Of a stretch of DNA of 64,000 nucleotides, positions 9,862-18,845 are shown piece after piece (within the stretch, counting starts at the first letter, position 1; each line of letters starts with the position of its first letter). Location of the stretch: positions 270,933-334,932 of the forward strand of contig CAWBQK010000013.1 of the NCBI GenBank assembly GCA_963791045.1, in the 5' to 3' direction. The notes under the pieces were generated by a model. The model saw only the letters and a list, made by a program, of their open reading frames with translations. It did no database searches and was not told the origin of the DNA. The position numbers were made by a program, and so were the translations under genes. This DNA is from Candidatus Latescibacterota bacterium. GTDB lineage: Bacteria > Krumholzibacteriota > Krumholzibacteriia > WVZY01.

Positions 9862-11811
9862 CTACGAGAGACCGAGTCGTTTGCGAACGAGATTCTCGAT
9901 GCCTCCCGCGATCACCAGCGACTGAGGAACCGAACCCAGCGGCGGGAAACCGAACGTTTCGCCTCGGTGGGTCAATGTTCCGCGTGAAAAATCGATGACC
10001 AGCTCGTCGCCGGGAATAATCGTCGGCTTGCCCGATTCGATGTCACTCGCGAGTTCTTCGCGGAGCCGTTGGACGAGTTCCGGACATTCGATACACACAA
10101 ATCCGTTGTTGTAAGCGTTTCGCAAATACGTCTGCGAAAAGCTTCCAGCTATAACAAGTGCGATGCCCTTCGCCTGAAAGGCAGTCGCCGCCTGCTCGCG
10201 ACTCGATCCCGTTCCGAAATTGTTCCCTCCGACGAGCACATCGCCCTCGAATGTGTTTTTCGAAAACTCGGGATCGTAGTTCTCCATCAGGACACGCGAC
10301 ATTTCCTCGCGTGTCATTCCCTCTTTGTAGGTATAGTCCTTGCCGTAGATCCCATCGGTGTTGAGATTGTCCTGCGGGACAAATACGAGACGTCCCTGGA
10401 TCTTCTCGGGGAACCCCGATTGAATCTCCACGCTCTCACCACCGGCGCCGGGGCCGGATTCGATTACAGAGAACTGTTTGTCGGGACTGCGCCCGTCGAC
10501 GACATCGGGGCCGGTGATAAAACCGGCGATGGCCGACGCGGCAACTACTTGTGGACTCGCCAGATACGCCTGCGCGTCGCGCGACCCCATTCGACCTTTG
10601 AAGTTCCTGTTCGTCGCCGAGATCCCTACCTCTCCGGGCTCGAGAAGCCCGGTCCCAAGACCGATGCACGGTCCGCATCCGGGGGGAAGCGGACGCGCGC
10701 CCGCCTCCAGGAGCGTCCCCCATACACCGCTGGCTTCCGCGGCATCCTGGATTTCCCGGCTGGCTGCGGCAACGTAGAACTCGACACCGTCCGCGATTTT
10801 TTTGTCTTTCAACACGGCCGCGGCGACTTCAAGATCGTTGTACCGGCTGTTCACGCACGAGACAAGGTACGCTTTGCGAATCGCAATTTTCTCTTTTTCG
10901 ATATCGAAAACCGATCGCATCACCTGGACCGAATCGGGCCCCGATACATGCGGACTAACATCTTCCAAGTTCACTTCAATCCGGGCCGCGTAGTTCGCGT
11001 CACCGTCCGGCGACGGCGGGCTGGTCTCCCAGTTTGCAATGTCACCTTCGGTAAACCGCTCAACACCCTGGGCGCTGAGCACGGCATGCCGTTCTTTGAG
11101 ATATCGGATCGTAACGTCGTCGACCGGGAACCATCCAACAAGCGCTCCCCACTCGGTCGTCATGTTTGAAATGGCCATCCGCTCATCCATGCTCAAACCC
11201 GCGACGCCGAGCCCCGTGAACTCCACCGCGGCGTTAAGCACCTCGCCCTTGTTGTAAAGACCGCAGAGCGTGACGATGACATCCTTGCCCGTGACGCCTT
11301 CGCGAAGTTTGCCGCTGAAAACAACTTCAATCGTGCGCGGAATCTGCCACCAGAACTCGCCGGTGGCCCAAATCGCGGCCGCATCGGTCCTGACGACCGG
11401 CGTCCCAAGCGCGCCGAGCGCCCCGTACATGTTCGAATGCGAGTCCGACCCCACGACCAGCGAGCCGGGAACGACATAGCCGTTTGCGACCATGATCTGG
11501 TGCCCGATCCCCGTCCCGGCGGGATAGTGATCAACACCCTGCTCGGCGGCAAATTCGGCGATAGCCTTGTACTTCGCCAGGTTGGCCTCGGATGTATTCT
11601 GGATATCGTGATCGAGCGGAAAAACCGGCTGCCGCGGGTCGTGGATTTTCGCGGCGCCGATCGCCTTGAACTTGTTCATAACCGCCGCGGTGTTATCGTG
11701 CGTCATGACGTGCCGCGGACGCAACGACACGACGTCGCCGACACGCACCGGCCGGTCGGGCCCCTCGGTCATGTGCGCCTGGACAATTTTTTCGACAATG
11801 GTCTGCCCCAT
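9862..11811 (-). CDS. lysF: Single-chain homoaconitase (fungal Lys4/LysF type)
   Basis: LDHDIQN, GIGHQIM, SDSHSNMYG, GTPVVRTDAAAIWATG, three Fe-S Cys (VSCVNSR, CGPCIG), ISATNRNFKGRMG; fused swivel domain DNLNTDGIY, FGTGSSREQA. Confidence 0.9.
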   Translation of the reverse strand: MGQTIVEKIVQAHMTEGPDRPVRVGDVVSLRPRHVMTHDNTAAVMNKFKAIGAAKIHDPRQPVFPLDHDIQNTSEANLAKYKAIAEFAAEQGVDHYPAGTGIGHQIMVANGYVVPGSLVVGSDSHSNMYGALGALGTPVVRTDAAAIWATGEFWWQIPRTIEVVFSGKLREGVTGKDVIVTLCGLYNKGEVLNAAVEFTGLGVAGLSMDERMAISNMTTEWGALVGWFPVDDVTIRYLKERHAVLSAQGVERFTEGDIANWETSPPSPDGDANYAARIEVNLEDVSPHVSGPDSVQVMRSVFDIEKEKIAIRKAYLVSCVNSRYNDLEVAAAVLKDKKIADGVEFYVAAASREIQDAAEASGVWGTLLEAGARPLPPGCGPCIGLGTGLLEPGEVGISATNRNFKGRMGSRDAQAYLASPQVVAASAIAGFITGPDVVDGRSPDKQFSVIESGPGAGGESVEIQSGFPEKIQGRLVFVPQDNLNTDGIYGKDYTYKEGMTREEMSRVLMENYDPEFSKNTFEGDVLVGGNNFGTGSSREQAATAFQAKGIALVIAGSFSQTYLRNAYNNGFVCIECPELVQRLREELASDIESGKPTIIPGDELVIDFSRGTLTHRGETFGFPPLGSVPQSLVIAGGIENLVRKRLGLS

Positions 11812-11864
11812 TATCATCCTCCCATGTGTACTCGTGCAGATGGCACAAAATCGTGTACGTCACG

Positions 11865-11960
11865 GCACCGAGTGGACAAAGGTTTTTGGTGAATCCGCAG
11901 GACGCTAATATTCAAATGCGTCCGAGGACCTGAACAAAAAAACCTTCGTCCACTCGGTGC
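11865..11960. repeat. ~96-bp intergenic imperfect palindrome/hairpin
   Basis: gcaccgagtggac...gtccactcggtgc outer arms, aaggttttt/aaaaacctt middle, ggacgc/gcgtcc inner. Confidence 0.8.
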
Positions 11961-11973
11961 GTATCCTTCTCCG

Positions 11974-13353
11974 CTAGCGAATATCCGCTTTGCAGAGATC
12001 CATCAGTTCGGTGATCGAGCCGATATTTTCGAGGCCCCACACCGCGTCCTTCAACCGTTTCCTCGCGTCGTCCGACAGGACCGGCCTGGCCAACGCGTCA
12101 AACTTGTCTTCGATTTCGGCATCGGTGAGCGGGTTGCGTGGATCGCCTTTTGGATAGTCGAGCTGTTTTTCGAATTCCTTCCCGTCCGTCGTCGTGACCT
12201 TAACCTTCACACGCTGGAGTTCGGGGAAAACAGCTTCGATCTCCGGATCGGCAACCACCACGACCTTGTTCAGCTGCTCGCGGATCTTGTCATCCATGAT
12301 CCGCTCCTGCTCGAACTGCGCCGGTGTCACCTGACGGTCGACAATCGCCGCCGCAATCACGTAGGGCAAACTGTGATCCGCCGTCTCCTTCGAGCGCGGG
12401 TCGTACTTGCTTGGGTCCGCGAGAATGTCCGCCGCACGAGCGAGTGAGCGGATGTGGACCTCTTTGACCTGGTCGGGCGAAAGATCATTTTCAGTTATAA
12501 TATCGAGAGTGGCCGATATAGGCGCGTGTGTCAGTGCTTCGGTCGGAAATGCTTTCATCCCGCATTTTTCAATACGCCACGAATCTCCAAGCCCATCGGT
12601 CAAAATATTCAGCTTCCATTCGGGGCCGAAACAATGGGTCAGGCCTTCCTTGCCATCGACGACATGCTCGGGTCCCGTGTAGCCTTTTTCGGCGAGCAGC
12701 GCCGCCATCACGCCACTCTGCGTCGCCATCGGATCGACGGTGTTCTTCATCATCGTAAGCTTCCCAGCCGTAACCGCACCGAGCGTTGAGTGCCGCGAGG
12801 CGGAAATACCGATGGCGTGCTGGATCTTTTCCCAGTCGAGACCCAGCATCCAGCCGGCAACGATCGGAGAAACAAAAGCGGTCAGTGTCGCGTGGTGCCA
12901 ACCGCGCTCCCGGATCCCGGGGAACGCCGCTTCGCAGAACCGCATCTCAAACTCATGACCCAAAACGATACCTACGATCAAGTCTTTGCCGTTTCCGCCG
13001 GCCCTTTCACCGCAGGCGAGCGCCGCTGGAATAATATCCGATGGGTGCGACGGATCCTGCTGCCAGTAAATGTCGTTGTAATCCATGACACGAACCATCA
13101 ACGCGTTGGCAAGCGACGCCGTCACCGCGTCGGTTTTCTTTCCCGTACCGAGAATAGTCGCGTTTCCCTTGCCGCCGATTTCCTCGAGGACATCGAGCGC
13201 GATCTCCGCGTCTTCCTGGCGCAGTCCGCCAAACGCACACCCCAGAGAATCAAGTAGATAACGCCGCGCTTCGTGAACGGCGTTCTCGCCGATGTGTTCG
13301 AACTTCAAATCGGCGGCCCAGCGAGCCATTTTGGCTGTAATTGTTTCCGACAT
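11974..13353 (-). CDS. prpD: MmgE/PrpD family dehydratase (2-methylcitrate dehydratase-like)
   Basis: VRVMDYNDIY, HPSDII, KYDPRSKETADHSLPY, YPKGDPRNP. Confidence 0.9.
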   Translation of the reverse strand: MSETITAKMARWAADLKFEHIGENAVHEARRYLLDSLGCAFGGLRQEDAEIALDVLEEIGGKGNATILGTGKKTDAVTASLANALMVRVMDYNDIYWQQDPSHPSDIIPAALACGERAGGNGKDLIVGIVLGHEFEMRFCEAAFPGIRERGWHHATLTAFVSPIVAGWMLGLDWEKIQHAIGISASRHSTLGAVTAGKLTMMKNTVDPMATQSGVMAALLAEKGYTGPEHVVDGKEGLTHCFGPEWKLNILTDGLGDSWRIEKCGMKAFPTEALTHAPISATLDIITENDLSPDQVKEVHIRSLARAADILADPSKYDPRSKETADHSLPYVIAAAIVDRQVTPAQFEQERIMDDKIREQLNKVVVVADPEIEAVFPELQRVKVKVTTTDGKEFEKQLDYPKGDPRNPLTDAEIEDKFDALARPVLSDDARKRLKDAVWGLENIGSITELMDLCKADIR

Positions 13354-13406
13354 CCCTAAATCGCCTCCGCTTCTTGCAACCGGTTCGTCTTGAGACCGGG
13401 CAACTA

Positions 13407-13943
13407 CTAAAGGTTTTTGAATGGTAGGAAGCTCATAAAGTCCGCATGATGAACTATGGTCGCTTCGGTGGTTCTTTTGACGAGTTCCCCTTCACCTGCA
13501 TGTGCGGCGATGATGTGACACACATCGTCGGGCACTCCGCATTCCATCGCGAGGGCCACACCGGTAAAAGGATGTCTGAGAAGTTTTCCCCGCACACTCT
13601 GCTTCGCCTCGCCGTCTATTTTCTCGTATTCGAGAAGTTTCCCGACATCGGCGAGAATGGCTCCCGCGATTACAGTATCCATGTCAATCGCGAGCGCTTT
13701 TCCCAAAAATTCCTTCATCGCTTCCGCTGATTTTCGCGCGATGTGCACAACACATCTTTTGTGTTCCATAAAAGTCGATGGGCAATTCGGAACGAGCAGC
13801 GTAAAAGGAATTCGTTCCAGATCGTCCGCGGTGAGCGGACTCAATTCCAACGCTTTCATCCACGTCTTTTCAACACTCTCACGAAGCTCGGCATTCTCAA
13901 TCCATTCCAACTCCGGCCAGAGTTTCGCCACTGCCTCACGCAT
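13407..13943 (-). CDS. HD/HDIG-domain protein with AD in place of HD
   Basis: EHKRCV...AILADVGK...RHPFTG...IIAAH...IVHHAD follows the HD-fold motif order; RBS AGGAGG. Confidence 0.8.
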   Translation of the reverse strand: MREAVAKLWPELEWIENAELRESVEKTWMKALELSPLTADDLERIPFTLLVPNCPSTFMEHKRCVVHIARKSAEAMKEFLGKALAIDMDTVIAGAILADVGKLLEYEKIDGEAKQSVRGKLLRHPFTGVALAMECGVPDDVCHIIAAHAGEGELVKRTTEATIVHHADFMSFLPFKNL

Positions 13944-14024
13944 CGAAAATTCCTCCTGCGAAGATACCGTTGTTCCGGCCCGTTCCGGCGGGCCACAGGC
14001 CCCATATCCATTACTCAACACAAC

Positions 14025-14053
14025 AGATTACGTGGTCTCAAAGCCAATGTCAA
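14025..14053 (-). promoter_or_regulatory. sigma70 promoter of the HD-prpD-lysF-dehydrogenase-citDE-citF operon
   Basis: Minus strand TTGACA (14053-14048), 17 bp, TAATCT (14030-14025). Confidence 0.7.
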
Positions 14054-14109
14054 TTTGTACCGGCGGATTCACAACGGGATTTCACTCGGGCGCCGGGGCG
14101 GGCACAATT

Positions 14110-14811
14110 TTACAACGATGCGAAGGAGTCCATCGCCTCAGATATAAACATCTCGACGAGCCGCCGATCCTTGCGGCCCGACTCGTCCTCGACACCCGTA
14201 TGGGAATCAACCCCGGCGGGGCGAACGACACGGATAGCCTCGGAAACGTTACCGGGGGTGAGCCCCCCGGCGAGGATAACCGGAAGCGGCGAAAGCTCGA
14301 CGAGCCGCCGACTGACCGACCAGTCGTGGGTCTTGCCCGTCGCCCCCGACCGGCCCGTGGCGGGATCGAAAGTATCCGTCAGGAAAGCGTCGACAAAGGG
14401 GCTCATTTTCTCGACGTCGGCGAGAAGATCGGAGAAACTCTCCCTCCGAACAATGAGCGATTTGATCACAAAGAGGTCTCCGGCGCACCTTCCCAGGGCG
14501 GCGAGTTCTTCGAGCGCCAGATCGCCTTGCAGCTGGACGGCCGGGGCGTTGACGTCCCGGCACAAAGCCTGGATCTCCTCGGCGCGGTCGAGATAAGTAA
14601 TCACGATCCCGTGTAACGGCGGCCGGAGCGAATCGATTATCGCTCGCGCCGCTTTCTCAGAGAGGTCCTCCCTGCCACCGCCAAGACGAAGCGGAAATCC
14701 GAGGGACCCGGCGCCGCATTCGCTTACCATTTTCGCCTCATCGTCATCGATGATTCCGGCAATTTGAATCAGCGGCCGGCCGTCCTGGAATATTCGGGGT
14801 TTGTTCTTCAT
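14110..14811 (-). CDS. trpF: Phosphoribosylanthranilate isomerase (TrpF)-like TIM barrel
   Basis: AVQLQG, FLTDT, GATGKTHDW, ILAGGLTPGNV, GVDSHTGVE. N-terminus reads QIAG instead of KICG. Start uncertain. Confidence 0.75.
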   Translation of the reverse strand: MKNKPRIFQDGRPLIQIAGIIDDDEAKMVSECGAGSLGFPLRLGGGREDLSEKAARAIIDSLRPPLHGIVITYLDRAEEIQALCRDVNAPAVQLQGDLALEELAALGRCAGDLFVIKSLIVRRESFSDLLADVEKMSPFVDAFLTDTFDPATGRSGATGKTHDWSVSRRLVELSPLPVILAGGLTPGNVSEAIRVVRPAGVDSHTGVEDESGRKDRRLVEMFISEAMDSFASL

Positions 14812-14938
14812 TCGGGGCACCTTGAAAGCGCGTTGAGTCGGCACGGCCCTGATCATACGGGCTTTACATGTGGCGGGCAACCCGCATATTCTTGCACGAA
14901 AGTTGCCTTCGACCGACCCTTTCAATTGGAGCGGAGAC

Positions 14939-16495
14939 GTGCACCCGACAAAACCCGACGAGAAGCGCGCGGCGTTCATGGACATCGGCACCAACTCGGT
15001 GCGGATGCTGATCGTCGGCATCACCGGCGACACGTACACGGTGCTCAGCAAGCAAAAAGAAATGGTCCGTCTTGGAGAGGGCGAATTCGACGACGGGATG
15101 CTCAAACCCGAAGCCGTGGAACGCGCTGCGCTGGTCTGCGGCGAATTCGCGGAAATGGCCAGGGGATTCGAAGTGGACGACATCCTCGCGGTCGCCACGT
15201 CGGCGCTCCGTGAAGCCGACAACAGGGCCGAGTTCATCGAGCGCCTGCATGAGGAAGCGGCCCTCGACGTTAGAGTCATTTCAGGCCCCGAAGAGGCGCG
15301 CCTGATCTACCTGGGAGTATCGAGAAGCATCCATCTCGAAAGCACCCCGGCTCTTTTTATCGATATTGGCGGCGGGAGCACCGAGCTCATCGTCGGCGAC
15401 AACGTCGACTACGAATCGCTCGACAGCGTGCAGCTCGGCGCAATCCGGCTCGCAAATCTATTTTTTCTGAAGGACGAAAATGGGCCGGTGCCACGGAGCC
15501 GATACAAATTGATCCGTCAGTATGTTTACAACAGGGCGATCCGCGTCATCCAACGGCTTGCCGGCAAAAAGTATGCGGCGGTGGTGGGCAGTTCTGGGAC
15601 CATCGAGAATCTCGCCGACATTGCCGCACGGATGTTCCACGGACGTAAACGCGTTCCGGAAGATCTCTTGACCCGCGCCCAGCTCAAAACGGTTATTTCA
15701 CACCTTTGTGAGCTTCCGCTCGAAAAGAGGCGGCAGGTACACGGCATAAATGCGAACAGAGCCGACATCATCATCGCGGGTGCCGCTGTTCTCGATGGTC
15801 TGATGAAAGCGCTCCATGTCGATGAACTCCGCATAAGCGGACGTGGCGTTCAACACGGCCTCCTCGTCGATTATCTCGCATCAAATCAGCACGATCTTCA
15901 CGCGAAACCCTACACGGTCCGCGAGCGTAGTGTTTTAAAACTCGGAAGATCCTGCCGGTTCGACGAACAACACGCGCGGCACGTGGCGGATCTCGCCCTC
16001 GAACTTTTCGACTCGGGCAAAGAGGCGGGGCTTCACGCGCTGGGCGAATGGGAGAGGGAGCTTCTTGGCCACGCCGCTCTTCTTCACGACGTCGGGATGT
16101 TTGTCGCGTATAACAGCCACGAGGCACACACCTACTATCTCATCCGCCACGCCAACCTTCTTGGTTTCGATCAGACCGAAACCGCGATCATGGCGTCGAC
16201 GGCTTTCTTTCACCGCAAACGTTTCCCGCGCAAAAAACACCCCGAGTTTGCCACGCTCGACAAACGATCCGGCCAAATCGTGAGGGTTCTCGCGACGTTT
16301 CTGCGAATGGCGGAAAGTCTCGACCGAAGTCACACTAACGCTATCGACCATGTACGGCTCCTGTCGGGAGACGAAGAGATCGTTTTGGAGACCCGATCGG
16401 AAAAGGGCACGCAGCTCGAAGAATGGAATATCCCCCAGAGGGCCGAGGAGTTCGAGAGGGTGTTCGAAAAAACGCTCGTGGTTAAGAAGTTGTAG
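14939..16495 (+). CDS. ppx: Ppx/GppA exopolyphosphatase with C-terminal HD domain
   Basis: DIGTNSVR, VATSALREA, ISGPEEARLIYLGV, IDIGGGSTE, RADII, ALLHDVG. GTG 14939 follows GGAG. Confidence 0.9.
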   Translation: MHPTKPDEKRAAFMDIGTNSVRMLIVGITGDTYTVLSKQKEMVRLGEGEFDDGMLKPEAVERAALVCGEFAEMARGFEVDDILAVATSALREADNRAEFIERLHEEAALDVRVISGPEEARLIYLGVSRSIHLESTPALFIDIGGGSTELIVGDNVDYESLDSVQLGAIRLANLFFLKDENGPVPRSRYKLIRQYVYNRAIRVIQRLAGKKYAAVVGSSGTIENLADIAARMFHGRKRVPEDLLTRAQLKTVISHLCELPLEKRRQVHGINANRADIIIAGAAVLDGLMKALHVDELRISGRGVQHGLLVDYLASNQHDLHAKPYTVRERSVLKLGRSCRFDEQHARHVADLALELFDSGKEAGLHALGEWERELLGHAALLHDVGMFVAYNSHEAHTYYLIRHANLLGFDQTETAIMASTAFFHRKRFPRKKHPEFATLDKRSGQIVRVLATFLRMAESLDRSHTNAIDHVRLLSGDEEIVLETRSEKGTQLEEWNIPQRAEEFERVFEKTLVVKKL

Positions 16496-16548
16496 CGGAA
16501 AGGTTTACCGGCTGCAGCGAAGAAAACATCCAACGAGACGCAAGCCGG

Positions 16549-17025
16549 TCATTTCAATAAAGTGGCAGGTTGCAACAACCAAACGAGCTCCCCGTGCCGG
16601 CTGTCCCGAGAGCAAAGATCCACACGCGCGACACTTCCCTTTTTGCACACCACTATGGCGCCGCCGATAAGTTCGCCGATAATCGAACTGCAACTCGGCT
16701 CGTGACCAACGAAGGCGATCCGTTCAACGGCGGGGTGCTCCTCAATCAACGATCTCACGTCTGACACATCGAACCCGAACCCGAGTCTATCATCAACCAC
16801 AAGCCGATCTTTGATTTCCAGGACATCGGCGACTATTGTGGCCGTCTGAATCGCGCGGGTTAACGGGCTCGAGACAATGCGATCCACTTCGAACCCTATC
16901 TCCGAGAGCCGCCGCGCTTGTTTTTCCATTCGGTACTTTCCGTCGGATGTCAGCGGCCGTTCAAAATCTCCGCCGTCCCACGCGCTGCGGTCGGCCCTGC
17001 CGTGACGGATAAAATAGAGTTCCAC
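16549..17025 (-). CDS. sixA: SixA-type phosphohistidine phosphatase
   Basis: IRHG, RPLT, SSPLTRAIQTA, VGHEP. Confidence 0.85.
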   Translation of the reverse strand: MELYFIRHGRADRSAWDGGDFERPLTSDGKYRMEKQARRLSEIGFEVDRIVSSPLTRAIQTATIVADVLEIKDRLVVDDRLGFGFDVSDVRSLIEEHPAVERIAFVGHEPSCSSIIGELIGGAIVVCKKGSVARVDLCSRDSRHGELVWLLQPATLLK

Positions 17026-17042
17026 TTGTCACGTCCTCCCGG

Positions 17043-18815
17043 TCAAAGCGGCCAGAAAACAGGGATGAGGAATGTGGCGGCGATCCACAAAATCAGATTG
17101 AGCGCCAGACCGATCCGCAGGTAGTCGCGGAAGAAATATCCGCCCGGACCCATTACAAGAAGGTTGGTTTGATACCCGATCGGCGTGGCAAAACACGCGC
17201 TGGCGCCAAACGCGACGGCGATGAGAAGCGGCTTGGGGTCGACCCCCATCTCTCGGGCAATCTCGAGAACAAGGGGCGTGAGAAGAACCGCCGTTGCGTT
17301 GTTGGTCAGGAACGCCGAAAGCAAACTCGTTATGAAGTACACAATCGCGATCAACATCGTCGGGCCAAAATTGTCCGCGATTCCAATCACTCCGCGGGCC
17401 AGGAGCTCCGCCATGCCTGTTTTTTCCATCGCGATCCCGAGCGGAAGGGTGGCGGCAATAAGGAGAAGAACCGAGCTTTCAAGCGACCGAAAGGCTTCCC
17501 GAACCCGCAAACACCTGACCAGCATCATCAACGCCGCCCCCCCGACGGCGAGAATCGACAGCGGCATCCAGCCGAACGTGGCGCCGACAATGACGAGAAC
17601 CATAATCAAAAACGCGATCGGCGCGTTCTTTGGGAAGCGAAGGGTCCTTTCAACTCCCTCGACGAGAAGCACGTCGCCCGTCGCCTGGAGTTCGTAGAGC
17701 GAGCTTTCCTCGCCCTGAATCAACAACACGTCGCCCACCTGGAGTTTCATCTCGCGAAGGCGTTCATGGAGATGGCGCCCCATTCGTTGAACGGCGAGGA
17801 CCTTGATCCCATAATGCCTGTTAAGACCGATTTCGCCCAACCGAAGATTGAAAAACGGCGAGTTCGGCGTGACAACAGCCTCAACCACATGGAGATCCAT
17901 CCGGCTGATACGAACGCGTTGTGTGTCCGCGACTGCCGACGCCAGGTCGATGCCCTGTCTTTCGAGAAGCGTGTGGATCCCACGTGCCGTTCCCTCGACA
18001 AGAAGCGTGTCACCGGTTTCTATCTCTGTGTTGTCCGGGGGGCCCAAAAGAACATCTTCACCCCGGACGAGCTCGAGGATTTTCACGTCTTCGATGCCCG
18101 AAACCAGCCCCCCCAGGTTGTCGCCTGACAACCGGCTCTTGTCGGGGACAATTATTTCGGTCACAAACCGGCTCCTGTGCTGGCGTTCGAGAAGCTGACT
18201 CAAGACCTTTCGCTTTGGCAGCAACTTGTTTGCAAAGAGCAGGATGAACCCACCCCCCAGCACGAGGTAACACAAACCCATCGGCGTGAACTCGAACATC
18301 CCGAACCCTTCACCACCCGCCTGTTTGTAAAGACTGTGAACCAGGATATTTGTGCTGGTGCCCACAAGGGTCAACGTCCCGCCGAGAATCGCAAAGTAAC
18401 TCAACGGAATCATCAGTTTTGACGGCAGAACCTGCGTTTGCTGGCAGATTCTCAGCACCACAGGAATCATCATGATCACGACGGCGGTGTTATTCAGGAA
18501 CGCGCTGGGGACAGCGGCGAGTCCCGCGATAATCAGAAGGAGAACTTTCGGGTCACGAACCGGAACACTGGTAGCCAGGCGGGCGACATAGTCGACCGCG
18601 CCGGTTTTTGACAATCCCGCGCTCAAAACAAACATCGCGGCGATGGTTATCGTAGCCTCGTTCGCAAAGCCCGACATCGCTTCCGCGGGCGTCAGAATTC
18701 CCGCGGCGGGAAGCGCGAATATGATCAGCAGCGCCGTCAATTCGTACCGCAGCGCCTGGCTCACCATGAGCGCAAACGCCGCTATGAGAATCAATGTCAG
18801 CGCGATCATATCCAT
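17043..18815 (-). CDS. SLC13/DASS-family permease with two TrkA-C (RCK_C) domains
   Basis: SAFLNNT, GGTLTLVGTSTN, TPIGYQTNLLVMGPGGY; central soluble RCK_C repeats. Confidence 0.85.
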   Translation of the reverse strand: MDMIALTLILIAAFALMVSQALRYELTALLIIFALPAAGILTPAEAMSGFANEATITIAAMFVLSAGLSKTGAVDYVARLATSVPVRDPKVLLLIIAGLAAVPSAFLNNTAVVIMMIPVVLRICQQTQVLPSKLMIPLSYFAILGGTLTLVGTSTNILVHSLYKQAGGEGFGMFEFTPMGLCYLVLGGGFILLFANKLLPKRKVLSQLLERQHRSRFVTEIIVPDKSRLSGDNLGGLVSGIEDVKILELVRGEDVLLGPPDNTEIETGDTLLVEGTARGIHTLLERQGIDLASAVADTQRVRISRMDLHVVEAVVTPNSPFFNLRLGEIGLNRHYGIKVLAVQRMGRHLHERLREMKLQVGDVLLIQGEESSLYELQATGDVLLVEGVERTLRFPKNAPIAFLIMVLVIVGATFGWMPLSILAVGGAALMMLVRCLRVREAFRSLESSVLLLIAATLPLGIAMEKTGMAELLARGVIGIADNFGPTMLIAIVYFITSLLSAFLTNNATAVLLTPLVLEIAREMGVDPKPLLIAVAFGASACFATPIGYQTNLLVMGPGGYFFRDYLRIGLALNLILWIAATFLIPVFWPL

Positions 18816-18845
18816 AAAATCTCTTCGACTCCTAAACGGTCGGCG

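Noticed and set aside
8416-9987. 523-aa plus-strand ORF and similar long antisense ORFs (1041-2240, 10069-11169, 20713-21729, 24582-25757, 41915-42883)
   Set aside because: Shadow frames opposite well-supported genes in GC-rich DNA; no motifs or RBS.
11864-11960. ggcaccgagt...cggtgc resembles the 3' hairpin of S. pyogenes tracrRNA
   Set aside because: Short coincidental match; no cas genes, repeat-spacer array or anti-repeat in the window.
14812-15279. Long N-terminal extension of the TrpF ORF (389 aa)
   Set aside because: Overlaps ppx on the opposite strand; TrpF similarity begins only near 14780.
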